Assembly: GCA_965112735.1 (NCBI GenBank)
Contig: OZ218950.1
Location: forward strand, 2,790,001 to 2,854,000
Length of the DNA stretch: 64,000 bases
Direction of reading: 5' to 3'
Source: Phaeosaccion multiseriatum
Taxonomy: Eukaryota; Protista; Ochrophyta, other classes
The translations under genes were made by a program, and so were the position numbers. The notes below the pieces were generated by a model that searched no databases, was not told the DNA's origin, and was given only the letters and a program-made list of their open reading frames with translations. Shown one piece after another: positions 49,677 to 62,020 of the stretch. How positions within the stretch are numbered: position 1 is the first letter of the stretch; each line of letters starts with the position of its first letter.

Positions 49677-52600
49677 CAAGGCGTGGTCGGGGGCCGCTTC
49701 CTCCTACACCTTTCGAAAGGATTGTCGCCGCACGCTCACTGTGGGCGGTGCCGGAGTGGTGTTCTTTCTGCATCCGCACGAGCAGCTTAGCATCACGTGT
49801 GTGTCCGGGCGTGGCCGTCTAGACATGGCGCTAAGCCGCTCGGTGAGTAGCACAGAACGTAACGGCGATAGTGATACACGTAGTCCTGGCGCAGGAGGCA
49901 TCTCCTACCAGCAGGCATCACTCGGTCCGAATGGTGCTCGAGCCAGTGGTGCTGTCGCGGGTGGTGGTGGTGGTGAGGGTGGCCGGACTAGAGACGAGGA
50001 GGAGAGTGAGGGCGACGACGGTGTGGGCGTTGGGGCCGGGGTTGGTATCGGCGTCGGGACGTCGCTCATTAGCAGGGCCGTTGTGCACGACAGCGCCGCC
50101 CACTTCGAGCAGACTGTCAAGGTGGACCATCGCTACCCCTACGTGCCGGGTCATTTGTACACCTTCACCGCACACAAGACGCAGGACTTGGGCGCCTTGC
50201 TTTCGAGCCATAGCAGCACTGGAGGAGGAGGAGGAGGAGGAGGAGGAGGAGGAGGAGGAGGAGGAGGAGGAGGAGGAGGAGGAGGAGGAGGAGAAGGACC
50301 AGGAGGACCAGGAGGGTGGTGGGTGGGGGGAGGAGGAGGAGGAAAGAGGGTGGAGGATCACAGCAGAAGGGCTGCGGCGGCGGGTCGGAGAGGTCGAGAG
50401 GCCTTGGGAGAGGATGAGCGAAATGAGGTAAGTTGAAGTTGCCCGCAGGAGTCGAGCGAATAGGGTACCGACACAGCTAGTGTGTAGAAGGCCTTTTTAC
50501 GTTGCCTTACCCGCTCCTGTATCCCGGTCCTTCTGTACCGCCCCCTCCTACCTCCTGGCCTCCCACACGACAACAGCAGCAGCCCAAGCACCACCTGCAG
50601 CAGCCTCGTCTCGGCGAGGAGGACTTGGCGCTTCGAGGGGGTGGCCGGGTAGGGGTCAAGGAGGAGGGGGACGAGGCCATGCACATGGAGGTGTCCTTCG
50701 TAGTGGTGAGCAGCTTCGACCCTCACGAGCTCCTCTCGCAACAGGAGAACAAGGCTTTGGACCGGCGCTCACTGCCTCTCATCAGCAGCAGCAACGTCGC
50801 TCTCATGGCCAGTCGGACAAGCGCCAGTCTAGGCCTCTCTGACGCCGCTGAGGCTCGTGCTGCTGCTGATGGTGATGACGATGATGATGATGATGATGGT
50901 GGTAGTGGTGATGATAACGACGACGACGATGACGATGTCAGTGGTGATGGGGTCAGCTGCTGTAGCGTCTACAGTGGCGGCAATGGTAGCACAACATGGA
51001 CTTGTTGCTGCAGCAACCGGCGACGGTCCGCCCATCGCCGTCGAACGAGGGCCCAAAGAAGAGGCAGTAGTACGGAAAGCTCTTCTTCCAGCGGCGGCGA
51101 CAGCAGCAGCAGCAGCTGCTTTACGAGCCCCAGCGGTGTGAGGAGGAGTAAGAGGGGGAGAAAGAGCAAGAGCAAGAGCAAGACGGAGCGGAGGAGTAGG
51201 AGTAGGAGTAGGAGTAGGAGTAGGAGTAGGAGTGCTCGAAGTACTCGGAGTAGGCAAAACTTGTCCAAGTCCAGATCGAGATCGCCGCGCCGAGCACAAG
51301 TCGGGCCATCACCACCGCCGCCCAAACGAAGGTCAACAAGAAGAAGCAGAGGGAGAGGACTCCACCGCCGCTGTCGGAGCAGCAGCAGGAGCAGGAGCAG
51401 GAGCACTAGCAGTAGCAATTATAACTGCAGGATCAGGAGCACGAGCAGCAGTAGTAGCAACCTCTCCACTGCCAAAGGGAAGGAGAACCACAGTGAAGAC
51501 GCCCGTGAGGAGGGGCAGCCGGGAAGTGTGCTGGGAGAGCAACAAAACAAACAAGAGACAGCACCAAGACGAAGAAGGAGCGGGAGGAGGAGGGATTGGA
51601 GGAGAAGCAAGGGTGGGGGGAGGAGGAGAAGGAGGCAGCCCGCAGAGGCGACCAATCAGCCGCAGACCCAGGGGGAGACTCCTGCGCCTCGGGTTGGTCA
51701 GAGGGGCACCCCTCCTCCGGCCCCGTCTACGACGGCAGCAGCAACAGCGCCCAAGATGAAGAGGGACAGGAGCGGCTCAACGGCCGACCTCAGTAGCCTC
51801 AGCTCCTCCGAGGAAGGAGCGGGGGCGGGAGGGCAGCAGCAGAACCCCCCTGGGGCCGGGAAGAACCCCCCGGGGGCGGGGCAGGCCCGCTCTGGTGGGG
51901 CCCAGGGTGAAGAGGAGGCGCGGAGGCAGCAAGCGGGCGGAGGGAGCGTGAGGCAACAGGGGGTGGGGTTGCTGCTACCTACGGTTCAAGGGACGCAAGA
52001 CGGGACACAGCAGAAGCAGCAGCCACAGCATGGTGGAGCCGGGCAGCCCTCGCTTCTTCCAAGGGTGGTGGGCGCAGAGGCGGCGGATGGGAGGGAAAGT
52101 AGAGGTAGGGGAGAGAAGCGCAGGAGAAGGAAGAGGAGCAAACACAGGAGAGGAAGGGACAGGAAAAGAAGCGCGAGTAGTGCGAGTCGTACGAGTAGGA
52201 GTAGCAGCAGCAGCCGCAGCAGCAGCAGCAGAAGTAGAAGCAGAAGCAGAGGCAAAAGGGGGAGCCGGAGCCGGAGCCCGAAGAGGCATGCCAGGGAGAG
52301 AGGCGAGAGAGGAAGGGAAGGAGGCACGAGAGCAAAGGCGTCGCGAAGGGCGAGCCCGCACGGCAGCAGGTCTACTCTTGTCGACGACTTGGACGCTGCC
52401 ACTAGTAGCAAGGCTCGAGAGTCGGACCATCACCGCCGTCACCACCGCCGCCACCACCACCACAATCATCAGGCTCACGGCCGCCACAATCACCACGCTC
52501 ACAGGCGCTACCGAAGCCCCCGAAGCCCCAAGGCCTCTCGCTCGCCTGTTCGACAAGTCCACGCCTCGGAGGAGCAGCAGCAGCAGGGAGAGGGACTTTC

Positions 52601-53702
52601 GCTCATCATCGCCCCCCATGACGGTTACTACTCGCCCTCCATGGGTGGCGGCAGCAGCAATCGTCTGAAGCAGCAACAGCAGCAGCAGCAGCACCAGCAG
52701 CAGATGATGACGCCACGGGCTCGACTCCGAGACGGGCGGGAGGGGGTGCCTTTGCCCAGCAACACTGTATCGCCTCCTCCGTCTCCGCAGTACTCAGCAT
52801 TCGGCTCGACCCTTCCCCGCCAGCACCAGCAGGGGCAGCAGGGGCAGCAGCAGCAGCAGCAGCATCCAGAGCAATGGAAGCAGCAAGGACCACCAAACCT
52901 TCCCTCCGATAGCAGCAGCCATCATCCCCAGGGGGGCTACCCGGGCCTCCCTCATCATGCGCGCTTCCAACAGCAGCCGCAGCACCAGCACCAGCACCAG
53001 CGCATTGCAGACCCTTACGGCTTTTCCAATGGTGCCTCGGACCCGCGGTGTGGGCATCAGCCGCAGGATCAGCTGCAGCAGGAGCCGCAGCAGCACCGGC
53101 GGTCGACGCCTGTAGCCCCTGGAGTTACCCAGGCCACGAGAGGATACGTCCATCAGTCCAAGTATCAGAATTATCCGCAGCAGCAGCGGCAGCACCAGGA
53201 GCAGCAGCAGCAGCAGCAACAGCAGGAGCAGCAGCTGCAGGAGCCGCTATTCTCTCCCAGACAAAAGCCACCAGAACACACGCGCACTCGGCGACATCAT
53301 GCCGCTCCAACCACTGGCAAGGCGTCGGAGCATCACGCGCAGCAGACACGACGACAGAGTCCGCCACTCAGACAGAGCCCGCCCCTCAGTCAAAGTCACA
53401 ACCATGGCCACAGTCACAGTCACAGCTACATTCACGGCCCAAGTCAGGGTCAGGGCAAGGGTCAGGGCCAGGGTCTGAATCCAGGGAGAGGAAAGGGTTC
53501 GGATCCTCTGGGATCACATCAACCTCCAGAGGCCCACCACCGCCAGCAGCGCGAGCCTCGGTCGTCTCTGTCGCGGCAGCAGCAGTCTCATCATCTGTAT
53601 CTACAGCAGCAGCAGCAGCAGCAGCAGCAGGGCAGGAAGAGGAGTATGCGGGAGGAGTACTACAGCCCCGCCACCCTCCCTCGCTGGAGAGACGCACATT
53701 AG
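47575..53702 (+). CDS. Large low-complexity hypothetical protein (K-rich, E-rich, RS-rich and Q-rich blocks), probably 2 exons
   Basis: Long ORFs 47575-50436 and 50502-53702, with a donor GAG|gtaagt at 50427/50428. Repeats are triplet-based, which preserves the frame. Confidence 0.65.
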
Positions 53703-53976
53703 AGACGCACATTTAGTGACGTTACCCACCGGTTGTCAGCTGCCATCGCAACACAACGCACGAACGATCAGAGAGAAAGAATTTCAACGGCATGCATCGG
53801 TGTGGTGAGAGGGTTGACAAGCATTATTCGTAGATAACATTTTATGGTACACCCCGAGCTACGTACAAAACCTCCATCCCCAGCCTGCATGCCTCCGAGA
53901 CAGATCGTGCGGATGCAGTGAGTCACTCCCGCTAATGACGCATGTCGTTCGACAGCTGCCTGTCGCCCAAGTCGCC

Positions 53977-56964
53977 TCATGTTGAACCTCCGCCCCGCTC
54001 AAGATGCTGCTGCAGTTCCTCAATGCGCTGCTGCACCTCCTGTTGCCGCTGCTGCTGCTGCAACTGCTGCAGCTGCAACTGGTGCAGCTGCATCTCCTGC
54101 TGCTCCCGCATGTCCTCCTGAGACCGCTGCTGCTGTTGCTGCTGCTCTTGTTGTTGCTGCTGCTGTTGCTGCTGCTGTTGCTGCTGCTGTTGCTGCCGGG
54201 TCTCCTCCAGCTGTTGTAGCTGCGCCTGCCTGATTTCCTGCTGCCGCTGTATCTCCCTCCTCCTCATTAGCTGCACGCGAAGGCACTCAATGCACTTGTC
54301 CAGGCGGTAAAGCGTGGATTGTGTGGCCAGCATGGCCTGTGTCTCCGCGGTACTGAGGTCGGGAAGCACCCCTGCCAGCCACAGGCTCATCTCCTCTGAA
54401 CGGGTCAAGAGAGGTACACACACATAGTTAAGAGGCGCCTGTGATTGGAGGACAATGGGGAAGGGGACAAACACACAAGAGAGAAGAACCGACCCAGACA
54501 CGCTGACTGATGCACGCCCGTCACCCACCTGGCGAGGAGGGTACATCATCTCCCCCCTGTTCGGACATGCTCTGCCACAGCTGCTGCGCCTCTTTTTGCC
54601 GCACCTTCACGAGGGCCTCTTCGGGAGAGCCAGCCTCCGGAGTTACGTCCTGTCCGGCGCGAGAGAGAGGGGAAGGGGAGAGGAAGAGAGAGAGAGCGCG
54701 ACAAGAGAGCAAGAGGGGGTGAGAGAGGGAAGCAAGAGAGGCGCGGAGAGAGAGAGACAGGGAGAGAGAGTGTATGGACAAAGAAAGAGAGCGGCAGATG
54801 GGAGTGCAGAGGACAGAGACAAACCCGTGCGTGTGTGTGGGCTGACTGACTGACCGGGTGCGTGCTGGACGCAGCCACAAGGAGAAAAAATCCCAAACTT
54901 TACCAACGAACAATTACAGTACAGCACAGCACACAGAGCCAGACCAGCACAGCCGCACACGCACCCACACACGCACCTGCAGAGGAACAGCGGTGCAGTA
55001 GTAGAGGCCGTGCGTGCCTTCCTCCATGTACGGGTCCTTGACTGTGAAGCGCTCCGTCATCTTGACCTGCAGCAGCACACAGCCGTCGCTCTGGAATTGA
55101 CATTCGCGCTGCACGCACGGGATGGGGGGGAGGGAACGGGGGGGCAATGAGGGGGGAGGAAGGGATGGCAGTGGATGGGCAGGGGGGCGGGAAGGCGCAC
55201 ACAAAAAAAGCGTCGTCATCCACCAGGGAAGAAAGGACACACGGCGTGAGGCAGCACCTGGGCTCTGCAGTGCAGTCCTTGCTTAGGCCACGTCCGTTCC
55301 ATCAGTATAGCAGTCAGTCAATCCTTCATTCAGCCAGCCAACCCATCAGTCAGTCAGTCAGTCAGTCAGTCAGTCAGTCAGCCAGCCAGCCAGCCAGCCA
55401 GCCAGTCGCCTTTACCGCTACGCACCACTTCCGCCACCAAGCCGGGGTCGCCGGCCTTGGCCTTGTAGTTGGTGTAATTCGGCAAATAGAGGAACTTCCT
55501 TGAGGTGTCGATGATCCGAGACATCATTAGCTTATAGCGCGGCTCAAATAGGCTGAGGGAGATGCAGTTGCGCGGTAGAAGCGGCATGTTGTCTGGAGGG
55601 AAAGGGAAACGATCCCCGAGGAGGTTCGGGGGTGAGGACGACAAGACACAACATACCATAGGCAGAAACATGCGCGCAAAGAGAGCTTGACTGTCGGTGC
55701 CCCATCCACTCCCCCCCCAGGCGGGTGGCGAACCCCTTGCTTCGGAGCCTCGCCCGCTCCAGCGCGTCCCCTCTCCTCCTCCTCCTCCTCCTCCTCCTCC
55801 TCCTCGTCCTCCTCTTCCTCTTCTTCCTCCTCTTCCTCCTCTTCCTCCTCCTCCTCCTCCTCCTCCTCTTCCTCCTCCTCCTCCTCCTCCTCTTCCTCCC
55901 CCTCCTCCTCCTCCTCCTCCTCCTCCTCCTCCTCCTCCTGTCTCGCTCTGCCTCTGCCTGTACTTACAATAAAAGATGGGCAGTATACGCTTCCATTCCT
56001 TTTTGTCCGCCTTGCTCTCTGCCTCTCGCAGGGCGTACTCTCTTGGGAAGCAGGTCCTAGCGATGGTCGACAGCATGACGTTCTCTGGGTGGTCGCTTGC
56101 ACTGTGAGGCAACGTAATGTATGTGTGGGGGCAAGGCGGGAGAGGTTGACGAGACAAAAGGGGGAGTAACTTGGTATCCCATCGCGACAAGAGAGACCAG
56201 AGAGACGACAGGAGTGCTGCGCGAAAGCAAAATGGCGATGAGACGGGGCCCTCTCTCTCTCTGCCTCCCTCCCTCCCTCCCTCCCTCCCTCCCTCCAGCA
56301 TATCAGAGCACTCACTTGACGTGGCAGCAGCCGCGACAAATTGGACATTTCTTCTTGGTGCGAGCGAGGACCTTCACTAGGCAAGCCCTGCAAAAAGAGT
56401 GGCCACAACCTATGGGGTGGAGGCCGGGGCAAGACGGTTCAACAGGGACAGAAGCACAGCAGGCAGGTCAAGGATTAGCGGTAAAAAGCCAGCGAGACTC
56501 AGCAGCGGCAAGGCAGGGAGGCTCATCAAGCGAGGAGGCCCGTCCGGTGCAAAAGATTGGTGTATAGACAGGGAGAAAAAGGGTGTACGCGTTCTGAGTC
56601 ATTCATCGCCCTCCCTGCCGCGGAATGAAATTACGAAAGTACACAGAAAAGACCCACTGCAGACCAGCAACACTGCGACCAGCGATCGAGCAAGAAGTTC
56701 CATGCTGTGAACGGAGGAGGGTCAAGCAAGAAGGGCCCCGATGGGGGAAAGAGCATGTCGGGACTGCTCACCTAATGAGATGGGTTCGCAGATCAAAGCC
56801 AAGCACACCGTGCACTCCAGTAGACTGCTCTGCAGCTCACGCGACCCCCTATCATCCTTTGCTAAAGCCTGGCTCTTCGCGGCTGCTGCTGCCTGGGGCT
56901 TTACTGGCCCTATTGTCTCATTAAGCTCCGGTGGGGGCAAAGGTGGAGCGGTGGAAGATTCCAT
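53977..56964 (-). CDS. LONRF: RING finger plus LON N-terminal (substrate-binding) domain protein, LONRF family
   Basis: LECTVC...EPISL / CGHSFCRACL......CPICR (C3HC4 RING), then LPIF, SLFEPRYKLMM and SLWLA...LATQST..RL. Confidence 0.85.
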
Positions 56965-57308
56965 TTCCCCCCCCCCCCCCCGCCACCAATACCGACTGCA
57001 GCGTCTAGCGGACAACCTATACAACAATACCCTGAGCGCTGTATAACACGCCGCGGTTGGAGGGATGTTCCTGCACACCTGACTCTCTCTCGGTGGTGCG
57101 TTCGGCAAGCGAAGATGAGGTAGTAAGTCAATAAAGCCCCACACCCAAATCCGGCCCCAAATCGATATCCCAAATCCCGTCGAATGATCTGGACTTCCAA
57201 GAGAAAAATCCTGTCAAATAAAAACAACAAACACTCTGAACGAACGGTAGCGGCCACGTAGACCGAACCACACCACCCGAAGGGAAAGGGCAGGGTGGAG
57301 AGGTGGAG

Positions 57309-58122
57309 ATGGCGGAGACAATGTTCAACGATGCGGCGTTTGAGGTGGAGGCACCTCATGTGAAGTATTCGCCCAACTTTATCGAAGCCGACTACGTGTA
57401 CCAGTCCACAAGGGTAGAAGGGAACAAGGTCAAGCCCACGGAGAAGAAGTACACCTTCAAGACGGCCCGGAAGGTGCCCAAGACGGGCATAATGCTGGTG
57501 GGGTGGGGGGGAAACAACGGGACGACAGTGACTGCAGGCATTGTCGCCAACAAGAACAGTGAGTGACCTGCCAGGGGTACAGCTGTGCTCTTGCTTCGCC
57601 TCCCAGCTGCGAAGTATGGAGTCTTGGCTGGTTCCGAGGAAATGATACAGCAGGCGTCAGGGTGTGGTCTAAAGGTGTCTAAACGAGAGCCTTTTCTCCC
57701 GGGCTTGCTGTCTTGCTCCTTCGTACGTTATTACCGGCTGGGTAGAGAGCGCAACAGCCACCGTCACTTGCGCACGGCAGACCGAGACTTCGTCGGCCGC
57801 CACCCCCTTACCTGTTGCGTTCTTCTGCCCCGCCCCCGCCTCCTCCCCCCCCCCGCCTCCACACAGACATGACGTGGAGCACCAAGGAGGGCGAGAAGAA
57901 GGCCAACTACTGGGGCAGCGTGGTCATGGCCTCCACTGCCAAGCTCGGCATGGATGAGGACGGGAATGCCGTGCACGTGCCCTTCCGCAACCTCCTCCCC
58001 ATGGTGCACCCTAACGACATGGTGGTGGGCGGATGGGACATCTCAAAGATGAACCTCGCAGATGCCATGAAGAGGAGGTGGGTGGGAGGCTGGGGAGGGG
58101 AGGGAAGGGGGTAGGGTCCCTC

Positions 58123-58170
<48 letters not shown>

Positions 58171-61164
58171 ACCAGGCGTAGAGGATGGATACATATCCCC
58201 TCTCTCTCTTCCTCCTTTCTATCCAGCGAAGTCACAACCTCACGCCCCCCCCCCCTTCACCCTCTGTGACGATCCCGCTGTTCATCATTTTGTGCGCGTG
58301 CTGCTGTTACTGCTGCTGCTGCTGCTGCTGCTGCTGTTTTGGATGCTTCGGATTTGGATTGAATGACACAGCTGTGTCCTCGATTACAATCTGCAGGAGA
58401 AGCTTCGGCCCGAGATGGAGAAGATGGTGCCCCTGCCCTCCATCTATTTCCCAGACTTCATCGCGGCCAACCAGGTGTGTTGGTAGTATGTGCTCTGTGC
58501 TGTGAGGTGGTGGGTACTCTCCACAGGGGGAAGAAGTAGTTGAAGGGTTTCGGAGGAGACGAGCACGACTTGGGGGGGAGGGGGGTTGTTCACAACTAAA
58601 CTTGAGATTGCAGAACTCTTTCCTTCCTCCTCCACGCCAATCACCCCCCCTTCCCTCCTGTTCCCCCCCCCGCGGCAGGTGGACCGGGCTGACAACGTGC
58701 TGAAGGGATCTAAGCAGCAGCAGATGGACACCATCCGGAAGAACATTCGCGACTTCAAGCATACGCACCAGCTTGACAAGGTCATTGTGTTGTGGACGGC
58801 CAACACGGAACGCTTCAGCAGCGTGGAAGAGGGCATCAACGACACTGCGGAGAACTTGCTCAGTGCCATTCAGAGGGGCGAGGCCGAGGTGTCTCCTTCC
58901 ACGGTAAGGAGGGAGGGAGGGAGGGAGGGAGGGAAGAAGAAGGAAGAAGGAAGAAAGGAAGGAAGCAGAGCGTAGCGCACGTAGTTTTCCCCTCTTTCTT
59001 TTTTCTTCTCTTTCCTTCTGCTTGCTTTTCATTTTTCTTTCGCTTTCTTCCGAAGGTGTTTGCGTGTGCGAGCATTCTGGAGGGTAGCACGTACATCAAC
59101 GGCTCTCCGCAGAACACCTTCGTACCCGGGGTCATTCAGCTCGCAGAGCAGCACAAGGTAGGTGGAGATGGATTGTTGCAAGACACACCCTGCTGTCGTT
59201 TGCTGAGTAGCTCATCCTCCTCCTCCTCCTCCTCCTCCTCCTCTTCCTCCCCCTCCTCCTCCTACTCCCCCTCCTCTCCCTCCTTCTCCTCCTCCCCTCG
59301 CTACCCCTCCTACCCTCCCCATGGACAGGTGTTTGTGGCTGGCGACGACTTCAAGTCCGGTCAGACGAAGATGAAGTCAGTCATGGTGGACTTCTTGGTC
59401 AATGCCGGGATCAAGCCCGTCTCCATCGTGTCCTACAACCACCTCGTAAGTTGCAGTTTCGATTTCAATTTAGTGGACCTCTCTTTCCCAATTAGACCAG
59501 CGAGTGTCGTGCAACGCCATCACGTACTGACGAGCACGTACTGACGAGATCTGTGTGTGTGTCTGTCCGCCTGTTGTCTCCCTGCCATCCTTTCTGTTTG
59601 TCTCCGCTATGTCTGTTGTACTCTTTGCCCTTGTACGCTCCTCGGTCTTGTTTCCTTTTTTATCTTCCTTCCTCTTCTTTTTGTTTCATCTGTCTGTTTG
59701 CACCAGGGCAACAACGACGGCAAGAACCTGTCTGCCCCTCAGCAGTTCCGCTCCAAGGAGATTTCCAAGTCAAACGTCGTGGTGAGTTAGGGAGGGCGGG
59801 AGTGAGTGAGTTAGTTAGGAGTGAGACTATGAATGAGTGAGTAGGTAGGAGTGAGTGAGTGAGTGAGTGAGTGAGTGAGTGAGTGAGTGAGTGAGTGAGT
59901 GAGTAGGCCGGAGTGAGTAGGCCGGAGTGAGTAGGCCGGAGTGAGTAGGCCGGAGTGAGTGAGTGAGTAGGCTGGAGTGAATGAGTCAGTGAGTCAGTAA
60001 GTCAATGAGTCAAGGCTCCGCTCCACTCCTCATCATCTCCCCTGTCCACTCAACTCACTTTCCTCATCCTCTCCCTCTTTGGTGTAATACCCCTCTTGTC
60101 CCCTCTGCTCCACTCGGTTCCCTCCCCTCTTGTCCCCTCTACTCCACTCTGTTCCCTCCCCTCTTGTCCCATCGTGTCTATACAGGACGACATGGTGGCG
60201 TCCAACCCCCTCCTGTTCGAAGAGGACGAGCACCCGGATCACGTGGTGGTGATCAAGTATGTGCCATATGTGAAGGACTCCAAGCGGGCCATGGACGAGT
60301 ACACCAGCGAGATCTTCATGGGCGGCACGTGAGTGCGTGCGTGCGTGGGGCACCCAAGGAGTACAGAGAGAGGACAGGCTCCCTCTCCTCTTTTTTCCTC
60401 CCTCCTTCCGTCCCTCACCCACCCCGTCCCTCCCTCTCTTTGCCACGCACACGCACACACACACACGTATCGCAGAAACACAATCGTGATGCACAACACG
60501 TGCGAGGACTCGCTGCTGGCGTCGCCTCTGATTTACGACTTGGTCATCATGGCCGAGCTTGCAGAGCGCATTCAGGTCAAGGTGGAGGGGGAGGATGAAT
60601 GGGAGTCCTTCCACCCCGTGCTGTCCCTGCTCTCCTACATGCTCAAGGTACGGGAGTGCAAGTCAGTGTATTGGACTGGAGACATTGGGAGTAAGGCAAT
60701 GAGACGAAGCTTGCTTGACTCGCATGACTGACTCGCTTGCGTCGCTGTCAAATCATCGCCCACCCGCCACTATACTTCCACTTCCGCTGCGCCATGGCCC
60801 ACTTCCCCCCTAATACACCCACCGTAACAAACCCTGCACACCACAACTCCCCCCGTAACCCCGTCCCCCCCCCCCCCCCCCACCCACCCACACACGCACA
60901 CACACCACCCACACACCTCCCCCCTGCCAGGCGCCCCTTGTGCCCCCCGGTACCCCTGTGGTGAACGCGCTCTTCACTCAGCGCCAGTGCTGTATCAACG
61001 TGTTCCGAGCCTGTGTGGGCCTGGCCCCTGACAACCACATGACGCTGGAGCACCGCATCACCAGCGAAGTCAAGGCCATGACGCACGACGTGGGGCTTGG
61101 AAATGGCCCGAATGGCCCGACCGGCTCGAATGGCCAGCCCCCTGTGAAGAAGACCAAGCTATAG
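57309..61164 (+). CDS. INO1: myo-inositol-1-phosphate synthase
   Basis: [75 protein letters not shown]. Confidence 0.97.
59810..59995. repeat. (GAGT)n with 13-bp gagtgagtaggcc repeats, intronic
   Basis: Seen directly. Confidence 0.9.
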
Positions 61165-61726
61165 CGCTGTGAACAAGATGAACAAGACCAAGCCATCGGG
61201 AAGGGAGGCGAAGCAGGGAAGGGGGGGGGGGAGGGGGGGGGGTGACAACTGCTCTCCACTTTCCCCTTTTATTTGGGCAGGGAAGAGATTGTTGAAGGGT
61301 GAAGGAAACAAGGGGGCGGATCCATACCGTAGCAGGGGTGGACAGACGCTCAGAGGAGGGCTGACAGGAAGGGAAGAGCTTCCATCCAAGAGGAGGGCAG
61401 GGGTCGGGAAGGGGGGTGAGTGGGTGACTTAAGTTGGAGGGGGGGAGGAAAGAGAGGGGGGAACAAAGAACAAAGTAGTGTTCGCCCGCCTTCTCCGCTG
61501 CTTTCTGATGGAGTGGTGCGCTCGTCATGGTATCACTGGGAAAAGCAAAAACGCTTTCGTTATTTATGTTATTGAACTTGACTGATTCATCTTCATCACA
61601 ATTCTCACAGTACAGTAAGTAAGACTGGAGAGGCGTTTGTCCAAGCTGAAACCGTACGAAAGCAGTTGGTGATACAGCACAGCAGTTGGTGACACATGTA
61701 CAGCACAAACACACAACGATTGTCAG

Positions 61727-61979
61727 TCAAAAGAGGCGGCGGTCCCAGCTGACTCCGTAGCGCGCCCACACATTGTACAAGACGCCGTGGCGCAGTGCAT
61801 ACAGAGCCACAGCCAGCGCTGCCTCCCCGTCCCCCACCACCCCGCCCCCGCCCTCCAGGCCTTGCCCCAGCGTGCGCAGAAGGTCCGCCCAGTCCCACGC
61901 GCCCAGCGTCAAGTACAGTAGCGCCCCGCCCGTCAGAGCGAGCACCGTAGAGGCTCCTTTCTGGCCGATCATCGTGCTG

Positions 61980-62020
<41 letters not shown>

